Shown: piece after piece, positions 12,217-25,894 of the stretch | Layout of the letters: each line of letters begins with the position of its first letter | Position numbering within the stretch: position 1 is the first letter of the stretch | Assembly: GCA_003971905.1 (NCBI GenBank) | Contig: RSEE01000044.1 | Coordinates: 1-64,000 of the forward strand | Length of the DNA stretch: 64,000 nt | From: Moniliella sp. 'wahieum' | Taxonomy: Eukaryota | Reading direction: 5' to 3' | Translations under genes and position numbers: made by a program | Notes under the pieces: model-generated | What the model was told of the DNA's origin: nothing | The model's database searches: none | What the model saw: the letters and a program-made list of their open reading frames with translations, nothing else

Positions 12217-15193
12217 ATGTCTGACGAGCACCCCAAGGGCTCCTACGGGGGCCAAGTTAACGACGAGTACGCCTCGCTTCTTGACTTCATCAAGGCCCAG
12301 AAGGCTGCCAACGCCGACGAGGGCGAAAACAACGACATCCAGATCGTGCGTAAGCGCGAATTCCTCCGTCCCTGGAAGGTGCGCGAGATTCGTGTCAACA
12401 AGGATGGTGAGCAGGAGACGGTCGCTCCCAAGGTTCCTTCTAGCTGGTACGTGTCTCCCTTTCTCTGCTCGTTCCGGACTTCATGTTAACCGATGCATAT
12501 TTTCTCTAGGCTCGAGACCTCGATGCAGCAGGGTGTTCCGACTCGGACGTCCAAACCGCCGCGCTCAGTTCGGCTACAACGAGCTTGAGGCTCCCTCGGA
12601 GAACCTCTTCCTCAAGTTCCTCGGTTTCTTCAAGGGTCCTATTCTTTACGTGATGGAGTTGGCCGCTGCTCTCGCTGGTGGTCTGCGTGACTGGATTGAT
12701 CTTGGTGTCATTTGTGGTATTCTGGCCCTTAACGCTTTCGTCGGTTGGTACCAAGAGAAGCAAGCTGGTGACATTGTCGCCCAGCTGAAGGCTGGTATGC
12801 TCTTCGCGCCTTTCGTTGTCCGTAATGGTCAGGAGGTTGAAATTGGGCCCGTGAAGTCGTCCCCGGTGACATTGTTATTGTCCAGGACGGTCAGACCGTT
12901 CCTTGCGATGGCCGCCTGCTTGCCGACTACGCCGACAAGGACGGATCTCAGGCTGCTGCCATTCTCGAGAAGGCTCGTGCTACTGCCCACGGTGACGACG
13001 ATGACGAAGGTGTCGACAAAGGCCCTGCTATCATTGCCTGCGACCAGTCGGCCATTATGGCGAGTCGCTTGCCGTTGACAAGCACATCGGTGACACTGTC
13101 TTCTACACCACTGGCTGCAAGCGCGGGAAGGGTTTCGTGCTCTGCACGGACATTGCCAAGCAGACTTTCGTCGGCCGCATGCTGCCCTTGTGCTCGGCGG
13201 TGAGTCGCAGGGTCACTTCCAAAAGGTCATGGACTCGATCGGTACCGCTCTTTTGGTTCTTGTCATGGCCTTCGTCGTTGGCTTCTGGATTTCGGGCTTC
13301 TTCCGCCACACGGGTATTGCTGAGCCCAAGGAGAACAACTTGCTCACCTACACCCTGATCTTCCTCGTTGTCGGTGTGCCTGTCGGTCTTCCTTGCGTTA
13401 CCACCACCATATGGCTGTCGGTGCCGCTTACCTTGCCAAGCGCCAGGCCATTGTGCAAAAGCTTACCGCCATTGAGTCGCTTGCTGGTGTCGATGTGCTC
13501 TGCTCTGACAAGACGGTACCCTTACAGCCAACAAGCTTTCGATTCACGAGCCCTTCACTCGGGGTGTTGACGTTAACTACATGATGGCCGTTGCTGCCCT
13601 CGCTTCGTCGCACAACGTTCAGTCTCTTGACCCCATTGACAAGGTTACCATCTCGACTCTGAAGGACTACCCCGGTGCCCAGGAGGAGCTCGCCTCGGGC
13701 TGGATCACCACCGCTTCACTCCCTTCGACCCGTGTCCAAGCGATCACTGCCGAGGTCGAGAAGGACGGCAAGCAGTACATTGCCGCCAAGGGTGCCCCCA
13801 ATGCTATTCTTAAGCTCTGCCAGCCTGACCTGAGCAGGCCGCCCAGTACCGCAAGGTTTCGGGTGACTTTGCCTCGCGTGGTTTCCGTTCGCTCGGTGTC
13901 CATCAACGATGGCGAGTGGCACCTCCTTGGTCTCCTGCCTATGTTTGACCCTCCTCGCTCGGACACGGCTGCTACCATTGCCGAGGCCCAGAACTTGGTA
14001 TCGCTGTCAAGATGCTTACGGGTGACGCTGTCGCTATTGCCAAGGAGACTTGCAAGATGCTTTCGCTCGGCACCAAGGTGTACGACTCGCAGCGCCTGAT
14101 TGGATCCGGTGGTCTCGCCGGCTCGGCTATTCACGACTTCATTGAGGCTGCCGACGGTTTCGCCGAGGTGTTCCCTGAGCACAAGTACAGGTCGTCGAGA
14201 TGCGCAGCACCGTGGCCATCTTGTTGCCATGACTGGTGACGGTGTCAACGACGCTCCCTCGCTCAAGAAGGCTGACTGTGGTATTGCTGTGGAGGGTGCC
14301 TCGGACGCTGCCCGCTCGGCTGCCGACGTTGTGTTCCTGGACGAGGGTCTCTCGACCATCATCACCTCGATCAAGGTTGCCCGCCAGATTTTCCACCGTA
14401 TGAAGGCTTACATTCATACCGTATCTCGCTGTGTCTCCACCTCGAGATCTACCTCCTTCTGTCGATCTGCATTCGTGACGAGGTGATCCGCGCCGACCTG
14501 ATTGTCTTATTGCTCTCTTTGCCGACTTGGCGACCATTGCCATTGCGTACGACAATGCCCCCGCTGCCAAGGAGCCTGTCGAGTGGCAATTGCCCAAGAT
14601 TTGGGTCATCTCGACCATCCTCGGTGCTTTGCTTGCTGCTGGCACCTGGATCGTCCGTGGCACCCTGTTCCTTCCCGACGGTGGTATTGTCCAGAACTTC
14701 GGTAACCTGCAGCTTATTCTCTTCCTTGAGGTTTCGCTTACGGAGAACTGGCTTATCTTTGTCACCCGTCTTGGATCGGGTACTTCGGACGAGAACACCA
14801 TCCCTTCGTGGGAGCTGGTGGGTGCCATTCTTGGTGTTGATGCCCTTGCCACTCTCTTCTGTCGTTTGGCTGGCTCGGTGGCCCCATTGCCCGCTACATC
14901 CACTCGCCCGTTTGCGCCACAACAAGCACAACTGGACCGATGTGGTTACCGTTGTGCGCGTTTGGGCCTACTCGATTGGTGTGACTATCATTATCACGGT
15001 GGTGTACTATGTGCTGAACAAGCTCGAGTGGATCAACCGTATGGGCCGCCGCGTTCGCTCGACCAAGAACGAGGTGCTGGAAGACTTCTTCACCAACTTG
15101 CAGCGTCTCACTGTCGTTCACGAGAAGTCGGAGGAGGGTGAGCCCGACATCTACTCGTTCGCCACCCGTCTCGAGGTGGACGACGATGAGTAA
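12217..15193 (+). CDS. PMA1: Plasma-membrane H+-ATPase (P3A P-type ATPase)
   Basis: [19 protein letters not shown](GTLT), [39 protein letters not shown]. Intron 12447-12509. Many 1-nt indels. Confidence 0.97.
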
Positions 15194-16618
15194 ACTTTTC
15201 AAGTTGTACTCCTGTCCCCATGTACATGCACCACATGTTTAATCTCTTCCCCCTCCGTTTGGCTCTACACTCATTCCCTTATTTCTCCCTCCTTTTCTCT
15301 GAGAGCCATTCGCTATGCTTTTTACCCGGGCCTTGTTTTCCGTCCACCCCGGCCCTGCCTTGCCGCGCGTGTGCGCCGTGTATTGCATTCCCTGTCTTGC
15401 CTAGGATCTTGCGTTCGTTTCTTGTAGTCCGTTCCTTTGCCCCATAGCGGTTGAATAGAAAGATGCTTACAGCTTTTTTTCGGGGCTGCCGAGGAATTTC
15501 AGGGGTTTCAAGCCGTCGCCGTTAGTATGGTACCCTATCTACCGCACTAGGCCCCAGAGGCGAAATCAGCATGAATCTGATCGCCAACTTTCTCGTCGCT
15601 AAAAACCGTTCATTTTCCCCCCGTTGTCTTCTCTCCAAGATCGATAGAGAGAAGACCACTTCCATGTCGTGTTGCTTCGTACACACTCTCCGTGCTCTTC
15701 GCGATGCGCTTCCCCGCCGCGCCTTTCATCAAATTCTCAAGGAGCCATCACTATATACTACGCTTCTGTGTCCTCCGTAATCTGTATGAACGTATCTATC
15801 TCGGCTCCTTTTCTGGTGGAGACATCACATGTACGGTCTCTTTGATGTGGATTATATACTCACCCCACTCTGATGTATCAGTCTGCTGGTGGCCCAACGG
15901 CAGAGGTCCGACCGGGAGGTCCGAGGCGCCGTTGCTTCAGATGTGATGTATCAACGGTCCTTTTTGTTTCTTGCCGGGCTGTCCGGCAGGCCCACTAGAT
16001 GTCTATGTGCTTGGGGCTATCCGGCCTAGTACTAGATATAGGCACAAACACATACTTATAAATGTCACCACACCAACATAGGTGCGCCACCCCCAGCAGC
16101 ACTCCATTCGCACAAGCACAACATTCGCACAAATACACACAGCATTCGCACAACCAACATTCGCATAAGCCGCATCATCCGCAACCACTGAGCATTCGAG
16201 TGTTGTTGCTATAATAGTAAGGACCGTGGCTGATCATAACATGGAAGACATACTCTGCATCCACATCATTGACAAAGCTTAAGGCTGGGACAGGGAAACA
16301 AAATATGGGGCACACTGTGTTCTGTATATGTTGGGCGACGTTGTGAGGAAATCACAAAACAGAAGCAGCTTTTCTCACAGGGAGAGAGACTGTCGAAGAC
16401 ACAAGAGGAAGATGCTTCAAACCACGACATCTAATTGAGAAGAAAGCGGCTGTGGATATCCCATTTTACGCCTGCAGACACAACCGATATTGTGTGCAAA
16501 AAAGCCGTTATAGAATAGTGATAAAAGAACATTGTTGGGGGCACTGAGCGACCTCTCCTTGTCCCCATCACACCCTCTGGCGCAAGTCCATTGGCCTTAA
16601 CACCTCACGGTCGCAACT

Positions 16619-17580
16619 ATGTCCCCTCCACCCCCACCTGTACCCTTAATAGAGAATCGCGATGGCGGGATCACGCTCCATGTGTCAACACATGTCCCAA
16701 CCTTACCGTATGAGACGGAGTACGACATACGTCTCCAGTTGCGTATCCGACCCAACTGCTCGTCTTCGTGCGAAGAGGCGCCGGTGACAACTGTGGAAAC
16801 GCGTTCACCCCCGCGCTCTGTCACTGCGGCAGAAGATACTCAAGGCAGCCTCCCATGAAGGGGTTGGGCTTTGATCCGGGGAACCAGGGGCCCTTCTCAT
16901 TCACCACTAATAGCAGGGCTAGCACCTTCGCACCCCAGCGTATGGGCCCGTTCATCTCTCAGCCCAACAGTGGTTTCATCCCCTCCCCTCCGGCCCCTGT
17001 CCAATCTGGCCCTGACCTACGTCAGAACATCGGCCTTCCTTCCCCCAAAAGACGCACCAATCCAAGCCATGTTCACGTCAACCTCATCCCTTCTGGTGAC
17101 AACCACACGCATGACCAAGTTCCAGGAGATCGCTCCCTTCAAGTTACAAGTCAGAGAGAACCGACCCTTTCCCAATAGAGGTGCCTGGCCATCCACACGA
17201 TCTCCGCGTCCGTTCCGGTTTTTGGGGACCAACACAGCCCTGCCCAGTCCCCCTCTTAGCCATACTAATGGGGGTGCGGCGAACTTGACGGAGACCGCTA
17301 CCGAAGATAATCGCACCCGTTTGGGACGCTATTGGTGCTACAGGGCCACTCGCTCCTGATACGACCTACCTCGTTCCCACCCAGCTCCCGTGCGAGACAG
17401 CCGCAGTTCCAGGTCGTGCCAAGTGAGGTGCCGGGCCAAGCCATTCTTTTGAGTCATCCCAGCGCGGTGCCATCTGACCACGCTATCCCGTTGAACATGC
17501 AGTCATCGGTGGACGGTCAGCAGGCCCAGGCATCCCGTCCTCGATATCCAGTACGGCCGGCTCAGCTATTACGGACCTGA
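16619..17580 (+). CDS. Hypothetical Pro/Ser-rich protein
   Basis: Overlapping + strand ORF fragments of similar composition starting MSPPPPPVP. No domain recognised. Confidence 0.35.
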
Positions 17581-17926
17581 GTGTCGGCCCCGTCCGGGGG
17601 GAGGGGGAGCTGGGTTTGTAGTGGAGGGTAGATTCTGCGGCTGACGTGGGACCATCACGTACGTTTTCTCATCCAAGCTTGTTGATGGGCGTGTGTTGGT
17701 TTAATGCGCCTTGCGATCATCATTATCCTTCCTGTATGTATCCCCCCCACCACTGTCCTGACATACGTTCAGGCAAGGCGCCCCACTTATCAAATTAGCT
17801 CTTGTGGCTGCTATAACATCACTGAATCCCTACGCGCATATAGAAGCCTGTACAAAACACCCTTCTCCAGCTGAGGTTGGATGCTTTCAGACCTACTCTC
17901 ATCAACTATACACCACAAACGCTATT

Positions 17927-20021
17927 TCATTCCTGGAAGTTCGACGAGTATGACCGAGCGAATTGAAGAGCAAGGGGGTGGATAGATAGCGGGGCTTCCC
18001 AGGCGTAACCTGAGGAGACTATCCAGACACAATTCCCGTCGGACATGAACGAAATAAGTAAATACAGATGGACAGAAGCCACATATACAAGCCAAAAGGA
18101 ATGGGGGAGCTTACGCTGTCGACAGATCTCAATCGCCTTGGCGAGCAACTCTGCCTCCGGCACCCAGTCGGCCTTCTTGACCTTGTGGATGGTGTAGCGG
18201 ACACGGCCCGTATCCTGCAGAATGCAATATCAGTATCATTGGGCAAGCAAGGAAGAGGGATACGTACGTTGAATACATCCCACTTAGCCTTGATGGAAAA
18301 CACGTACATCCCGCCCGTCTTCGACATGACATACTCTTTGAGGTCATCTTCATCGCCAAATTCTTTATGCAGTTCGTTGGCGGTTCCCCATAAAGAACTT
18401 GCCAATGTCATTAAAACCATTGACCCAAATAAAACCACTGAGGTCGGTTATCCCACCAGTAAACAGGTAGCGATATTCTGGCTCAGGCCAAGTCCTTCGC
18501 ACTTGAGGCAGTGCCATTCACCACTGGGCTCAATGGTGACCTTTTTGTTGCACCCTCGCTTTGCAGCGGGATACCACATGTTGGTGTTCTTGACCCAGTG
18601 CAGTGTGGCCAAAACGGAGAAGGTATCCACCTTGCCCGTCTGGTCCCGTCCCAACCCCTCGTCAATGACCTGGCCAATCAGCTTGCGCTCATTGGGGTTG
18701 TTCATGTCCGCCCCACTTGTCCCGCCACCCTTGTAGGCCTTGAACTGTGTTTTGGCTCCCTCGCCTTCGTACCAGGCCTTGAGCTGATAATACCCCTCCA
18801 CATCCGCATTGGCGAATGATTGTGGTCCTGACCATGCTCAGCGAGCGCCCGTCAAATTCACTTACACGAACATGCTTGAATGCCAGTACGGGATGGGCTC
18901 ATTGGAGCGGAACTGCTTGCAGTTGCGCCCCAGAGGGTAAGGCGCACGCTCATTCCGGTTTGGTCAACGAGTGAGATCGCGTTTTGGCACTAGCTTCTGG
19001 GTTGACCGAGTCATGACCTCGGACACCTCCCCCACATCTTGCACCACACCAATCACATCAACAAGTCGGGTGGGCTCCACATCTGCAGCCTCGAAAGAGG
19101 AGTAAAGTTGAAAGTGATGCTGGGCACCGAGTCAGCATTGGGGGCCTCCACAATTTCGGTTTCGAAGTTGAGGGTGAGCTCATAATCATTCTTCAGCGTG
19201 TTGAACTGTCTATTGGCGATAGCTACCCGGGCACGCGCAATATAGTAAACCTTGCTCTCCTGCAGTCGGTGGTAGAACATGTCCACCATCTCGTTAAAGC
19301 CGATGGCCCGGATCTCGGCAGTCTCGTCCAGCAGATGGACCCAGAAGAGTTTGCCGGGTCCACGGGCGTTGGTGTAGGTCTTGACATCTCTTTTGGATGT
19401 AACACGGGCTCGGATCATCCACCTGTGCTGAAAAGGGGACAGCGCCTCAATGGGGCAGTACGGGAACCGCTCAGGGTCCATCCCCCGAGCGGCATTATGC
19501 GTGGGCCGAACATGTAGTTACTCGACCTGAACGATGGCCTCATGCCGGGGTCCGGATTGAGCCGCACCGCGGCGGCCAAGAGGGTGGATGAGATGATTGG
19601 CTTGCTTTCGGGCGCAGAATTGCTTTCGGAGGCAGAAGGTGCGGCCGAGGCAGGGGAAACGGTGGAGCGGTATGTGACGGGCACGCCAAAGCGTTCCTCT
19701 GCATCGCCTACTTTCTCGGCGTTGGTAACAATGACGATAACATGGTCGCCCACAAGGTTAGTCTGGTACTGGGTGATGCGGAGAAGGGTGTTGCGCTGGA
19801 TTTGTTCGAGCGGTAGGGGTGGGGCTTTGGGGAAGACCATCATGGCCTGGGAGAAGGTTTGGCCATCAGAGATCACGAGGCGGACGGGGTGGCATCGGAG
19901 TGCTGATGGGCAGCACCTTGATGCTCAACACCTGCACGACAAGGTTGTCGGGCTGCATGGGCAGCTCCCGGCGGATCATCATGGAGACCGCATTCGGGGA
20001 TAGGTCTTGGAGCGTCAGCAT
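17927..20021 (-). CDS. RFA1: Replication protein A 70 kDa subunit
   Basis: N-terminal OB fold (VVQVLSIK..ISDGQ), PIEALSPFQHRWMIRARVTSK..LLDETAEIRA, YQLKAWY, Zn finger WYP...CNKKV...WHCLKCE. Intron ~18218-18268; 3' end approximate. Confidence 0.95.
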
Positions 20022-20796
20022 GGGGGTGGCGGGGGACACGATGGTGGCAATCGCGAGGAGGAGGCAGGCAGGGCGGGCGGAGCAAGGGGCAAAGCAAAAA
20101 GGAGCAAGTCACGCCCGCGAAATGGACGCGTCTCCGCCGCCCTCCGCACCAGGCCAGTTTGCTGCAGGAGGCTGCCTGGGGCAGCTGCGTCGCCCGCCCG
20201 ACGCGTGCGGTGCTCCCCGTTGCCGCTTATCCAAGCTACGCCAATGGCCCAGAGGAGTCAAGCGGTCCTGACCAGTCAGCGGTCCTGGGCCAGTAGATTA
20301 GTGGTGGCCGGTCAAGGTTCAAAGTTGAAGCTTCAACTTTCAACGTGCACTTCATTTGAAATGTGAACGTTCACGCTCACGTCGGGCATGTTGGGATCTG
20401 GGACGCGTGGGAGTGGCGTTGGGCGGCGGGGAGTTTCTCTGGGATCCGGGATCGGTGAGGGGTGGTTGATGATCGGCAGGCGGGGTGAAAGTAGATTTGG
20501 CGGGCACTGCCCCAACGCCAGGGGAGACTTGTCCCGCATCAGGGCGCAAGGGCAGCATTCATATTCCCCGCCAACCACCAGAATGCGGCGTGAGGCCTGA
20601 GGGCAGTCTGTCAAGTGCACCCTGATCTTCGGCTGTGATGCATGTGACATGCGACACGTGATATGCGAAGCGGGGCCTTTGGCTAGGACTACGCATTGCT
20701 GCGGTACGCCCTGCTGTTAGGTGGGAGAGGGCCAGATGCGGACCACAAGGAGCAGGGCAAGCCCACCGGCTCCCATCTGCGCCCATCCATCCCGCC

Positions 20797-22695
20797 GTGC
20801 CCTCCTTTTTCCACCACCATCTACGCCATTCCTTCCCTCTGATGAGCATCGCACTCCACCTCAAGTCTTCTCGTGGTTCCCGCTCTTTCGGGGACTTGGG
20901 GCCTGCCTATGGCCTCGCCTCGCCGGCCTCGGTTCCCGAATTTGAACCAGACTTGGGGCTGTACGACAATCTCTACCTCTATGGCGACCGCGAGTTTGCC
21001 AGTCGTCTCATGCGTTCTGCGAGAGGGAACAATCAACCCCTGAGATTGCCCCCCCGCGCTTAGCCAGACCCCAAGTATACGACAGCGCCTCGCACGCAGC
21101 GAGGGTCACTTGCCTGCATCGGTCGAAAGGTCTTTTCCACCGCGACAGGTCCATATGACTCGCCCTTCTCCTGCGTATCACGGAGCAGAGGGCAGCCTCA
21201 CATATTGCACCACCGGCTGGACAAGGCTCGCTTACACCTCTGTTCCAGTTTTGCAGAGGGATTGCACGACCTTCCTCCCGTCGATGACGGCAGCTCTGTC
21301 ACCTCCGATGAAGGCGACGTCTTTTTGAGGTTGAGGAGCCACCTGCTTCCGCACTACGGCCCCAATCTTTTCGTTCGGGAGGCCCATCGTCTCGTCGCCC
21401 ACATATGATTCCCTCTCGGAAAGTCCTGGAGCAGCAATGCGAGAGCTCGTCACCAGCCCCTCGTCGGCAATCGAACCCACGGCAAGTAAGCCAACAGCGA
21501 GCAGGCCTACCCCAACCTAGTTCTCGGAAAGTGAACCAACCACAGGAAAGCTATCCACCCCGCCATGCATCCGGCATGATTTCTCCCAGGGATGCTTCGC
21601 CCATCGCTCGGGAACGCAATGAAGTCTGGAATAGTGCATCTCAGACATCCCCCCTTCCGCGTATGGCTGCGTCAGAAGGGAGGCATGCTGCCCCCTTTCC
21701 TTTGGCCAATTCTAAGGACAGGAAACACTCTCCATTGGCCAAGGAATATGCCTCCAAGCTCCACTCTATCCATTGCCACGCGGCCCTGCAGAAGCCCCCA
21801 CTCGCCCACATATGCGCCGATCGAAGAGTTTCTTCGAGCTCCTCAAGATGCGCAGTACGTTTCCTGCTCTGATCGCTGAATGAAGCGAATACTGACCATT
21901 GCCTAAAGCCAACACAGCAGTTCCTCCCTTGCCAATGCAAGGAACGAAGAGGACAACCAGGAGACTCGCCCACCTCAGTCCCGTGCCCTCTCAAGGCAGG
22001 ACTGTATTCCGCTTTTCGGCCAGCACTGGCGACCTAAGAAGACCGGCGAAATCGATTCGTTTGTTCGTTCTGCTCGATCGCGCAATGTGGATGATGAAGT
22101 GCAATTTTAGGAGGGCTGCCCAGTACCACTATTTCGTCGCAAGACGGCCCACATTCCTCAGCCAAGAAATTTCTCCCTTTTCCCGGTACACTTCAACCCG
22201 TGATCTCGATTCCGAGGAAGGCGGTCGTCTGTCAAGTCCTCCTTCACTCGTGCGAAGGACTACCGCTCCGACGACAACAGCATGAAGTATCGTACCCCCG
22301 GCCCCACCTGGAATCAGCCTCGTGGACATGTGGGCCGGCAACCTCCCGCGTACAAGTCCCGTCCGTTCATCCCTCCCAGGGACAGAGCGTGGTCCACCGA
22401 TGGCGGCCAGCGAGGCCCGTCGTATGGTGATCGCCCGCCTCCATACGACGGCCGACCAACTCGGTCCTACGACGGGCCTTCTCAAAGAGCTGGCCCCATG
22501 AGTAGTTATGACGCGTACGTAACCCGGATGGGACGGGAAACACGGTTGCCCGCACCTCCCAGGAAGGCCAGGGGCCACGACGACTTTGATTTGCGCAACA
22601 GCATGGAACCACGTCCCGATCCCCATCCCATCCTGTCCCAGACCCCCACGGGATCAAAGCAAAAGAGCCTTTTCAACCGCTTCATTCACAGCTAG
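20797..22695 (+). CDS. Hypothetical low-complexity protein
   Basis: Chain of + strand ORF fragments with an intron signal (GTACGT...ACTGAC..AAG, ~21855-21908) and an R/G/Y/D-rich C-terminus. Not identified. Confidence 0.4.
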
Positions 22696-23485
22696 GTTGC
22701 TACGCTATTTGGCTTGCTCTATCCACTTGTTTTTGCTATTTTGCCACACTCATTTGTGCCTACTCTCTCGTTTTGTCAGTTGCCTGTCGCTTGCTATTGC
22801 ACGGATGGTCTTAGTTTGAATCGATGAATCTCAAACGTACCAAACAACCTTGTGGGTTAGTTCCTTAGGCCCTATTGGTAAAAGGCTACTTATAGACTGG
22901 AATATGAGTTTTCGTGCGTAAGTTTCTCTTCCGATATTCTTCCCGGGGGGGTTTCCATGCCATATGCATTCGCTTTAAAGTCAGTCGGCCGCTCTTAAAG
23001 TCGTATTCACCATTCATGCCGCACGTAGTACTGTGCCCCCCCTCGAAAATCATTTGGCATGTGGTAAGGAAAGCGTGCCGAGGGAGTCTGTCGGGATCCA
23101 GGTGGTCAGGATGCATAGTCGCGTCGATGATTGATCGTACGCTCAGTCCTAGAGTCTCAGCCCATCCGTCCTGCGCGGGTGCCAGGGTACGATGCATGAT
23201 GCATGATGCATGATACCAGCCAATTAGTGAGGCGAACGGGCAGTGGGCATGGAGATTCGGCTGCAGGCACCCCCGCAGAGGGGCAGTGCGAAGCACGATC
23301 GGCTATCATATTCATCTGCAGCTATCAGCGCATCAGCACTCTGAGATCTGAGGCTCAGTCGCCAACCAGTTTCAAGCGTAGCTCTTAAGCGCGGGCTGAG
23401 CTGCTAGCGACGCGTCGCGTCTCCATCTCCCATCCCCCCCCACCATCACGCAAGAACCAAGCCGCAGGCGAACGCCACGACAAAC

Positions 23486-25609
23486 ATGACAGCCGCTTTT
23501 GAAGCGTGGCGCTCGCCTGCCCCCGCGGCCAACCTTCGCTCCTCACCTTTGCCCAATCATCCCTCCTCTCCTGCGCCGCAACCCTCCGCTGTGCGCACGA
23601 GCAGCACCGCCGACCCATTCAGCGCTGCGTCCAAGGCTCCCCCTCATGCACTCCCTCTTTTTGCTAAGCATTCCCACACGCCAAGCACCCTGCGCCCATG
23701 GACGCGGTTGACGCCGATGACGCCTTGCGAGGCATTTTCCATGATTCGGATGGCATATCGGACCATCCTCGCCCCCCTCACTCCTCCGATGAATCACCCG
23801 AGTTCAGTAGGCTGGATCTCTCCCTCTCGAACCCCAGCTCACCTCTCCCCCCTGATTCGCCCGCGGTTGGTCATCGACGTACCTTTAGCAGAGCATTCAG
23901 TCGCGTCCCATCCCACCTTATGAGGCCTTGGGGCCCATGGGATCGCCCCCCTCGTATTCTAAGCGGGACGTCCTTTCTCCCCACACTCATCTTTCTCTCC
24001 CTCCCGCCCCCGCGCCAGAAGGCACGTCTGAGCTACCATTCAACCACGCGGCCCTTGTCTCGCAGCCTGCCTGAGGCCGGTACCCATCTAATTTTCTTCC
24101 TGGTCCCGGGTTTCCCACATCCAATCCAGGTCCAAGCGTAGACCCGGAGTGGAATGTCGTCCGTCATGCCGTGACCCAAGCATTCGACCAAGTACGACCG
24201 CTGGTGCACCTCGACAAACAAGGCCTCACCTATCTCCCCCCCTGATTGCTGATCTGGGGATTTCGTTGCGTTAGCCTCAGAGCCGAGAAGGGCCTGCCCC
24301 GCAACGTGGGAGGGCGTGCCCCGTTGGGCTCGCAGGGCATCTGAGGCAGTGCCTCCGGCTCATTGAACGGGGGAGACCCCTCGGGGGTGCAGATCTTTCT
24401 GGGCATGAACCCACTACGCAAATTACCCAGTGCCTTGTTTAGTATTTCCAATCTCTCGGTCCCTCTCTCCGCGCCGTTGGCCTCTCTGCGCTCCCCCCCG
24501 CTGTGGGCACTTTGATCAATCTGCGCGAATTGAACATTGGTTGTAATGAACTGGTAAATCCCTTCTCCCCCAACGCCCCCCTAAGGAGTGAAAACTGACA
24601 CTTTGAATCAGACCTCCCTTCCCGCTGAGATACAAGCGCTGAAGCTTGATACGCTGTTTATCTGCCCAACCCATTCCGTGCGCCCCCCGAAAGGTGGGGG
24701 CAAGCGAGTGCTATCACCCCTTGTGACTCGAGGAAACGGTATCCCCTCTTGAAAGATCTCTGCATTCGGCGTATCCTGGCCTACCAGACGGAGGAACACT
24801 ATTATCCACCCTTGAGTCTTCGGCACTGAGCGACATGGCAGAGGAGAAGATGGGACGTACGGCTTTTGGCTCGTCTGGACGCCGCCCGACGCAGCATGAC
24901 GTCCAGCTGGGCATCGAGGCCATTGCCTCCGGAAGAACGTGATGGAGAGTCCCCTCGGGCCGACGGGACCACTGCCTACGCTCGATGGGCCCGCAGCATT
25001 TCCCACCCCACCTCGCTGGCCAGTCTGCTGGCCAAGGACGATGCCGGGCTCAATCCCTGGTTCAATCGCTGTCCTGGGCGCAGCCATTGGTCCGTCCGAA
25101 TTCCCACGGAAGATTGGCCCCAGGGGACCTATGTTGGCCCCCGATTCCTGGACGCGGTGGAGGAACGGATGGAATGGGTGGCGAGCGTTGCAGGTGTTAC
25201 GATCGTTGGTGGGGGAGGCTGGATCGGACCCTGGAGCTGGTTCGGGCGCCGCCGCAGTCGGCGGCGAGGGTGCCGCTGCTGTGGCGGGGGTGTGGGCGGG
25301 GGTCTGGCGTTTTTGCAGGAGGAGGCGTAACTGGGCTCGGACTGCTGGGGGCTGCTGGGGCGGGGCATGTGTATTTTGTTGTATCCAGTTTGGAGAGGAG
25401 AAATGCCTTGCATTCTGCATGCCTGGGGCCTGATACGGTGGGTGGCGCGTGTTACGCGTTACAAAAGACCGGCAGTCACTGGCACGCACTGCCGGGCAGC
25501 GGGGGTCGGGTGGCGTGCCTGATGGGCGCGATGTGTGATGGATGACCTGGACAGGGCCGGGGGTGGGAAGGTCGTGCTCATCGATCGCGATAGCCGATCA
25601 AGCACGTAA
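23486..25609 (+). CDS. Leucine-rich-repeat protein
   Basis: LRR-like segments such as LDKQGLTYLP, FLGMNPLRKLPSALFSISNLS, LINLRELNIGCNEL and LPAEIQALKL; intron near 24553-24611. Ends approximate. Confidence 0.65.
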
Positions 25610-25894
25610 CCGCGCACATATAACCGCGGGGGCCTCGCATGGCGGCGTGCCTGCTGGGCGCTGGGCGGGGCCCCGTGCGGAATTTTGGGGGCTGGCCCAA
25701 CGAGCGGAATGAACGTGGGCACGGGGGGAGTGGCTGCCGATTGGGCGCCTGGCTCCCACGCGACGCATCGCCGTGCGGTCGCCCGTCAGCATGAGCGCTC
25801 ACCGTGGGCCCACCCCCTCCAGCACCCTCGCCGCCAGCTCCAGCACCCTCGCCGCCGCCGTCCACCTCCACTTCACGTCACCCCCACCCCCGCC

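Noticed and set aside
15571..15946. Possible mitochondrial-carrier relic
   Set aside because: Only vague motif resemblance; cannot be supported without an alignment.
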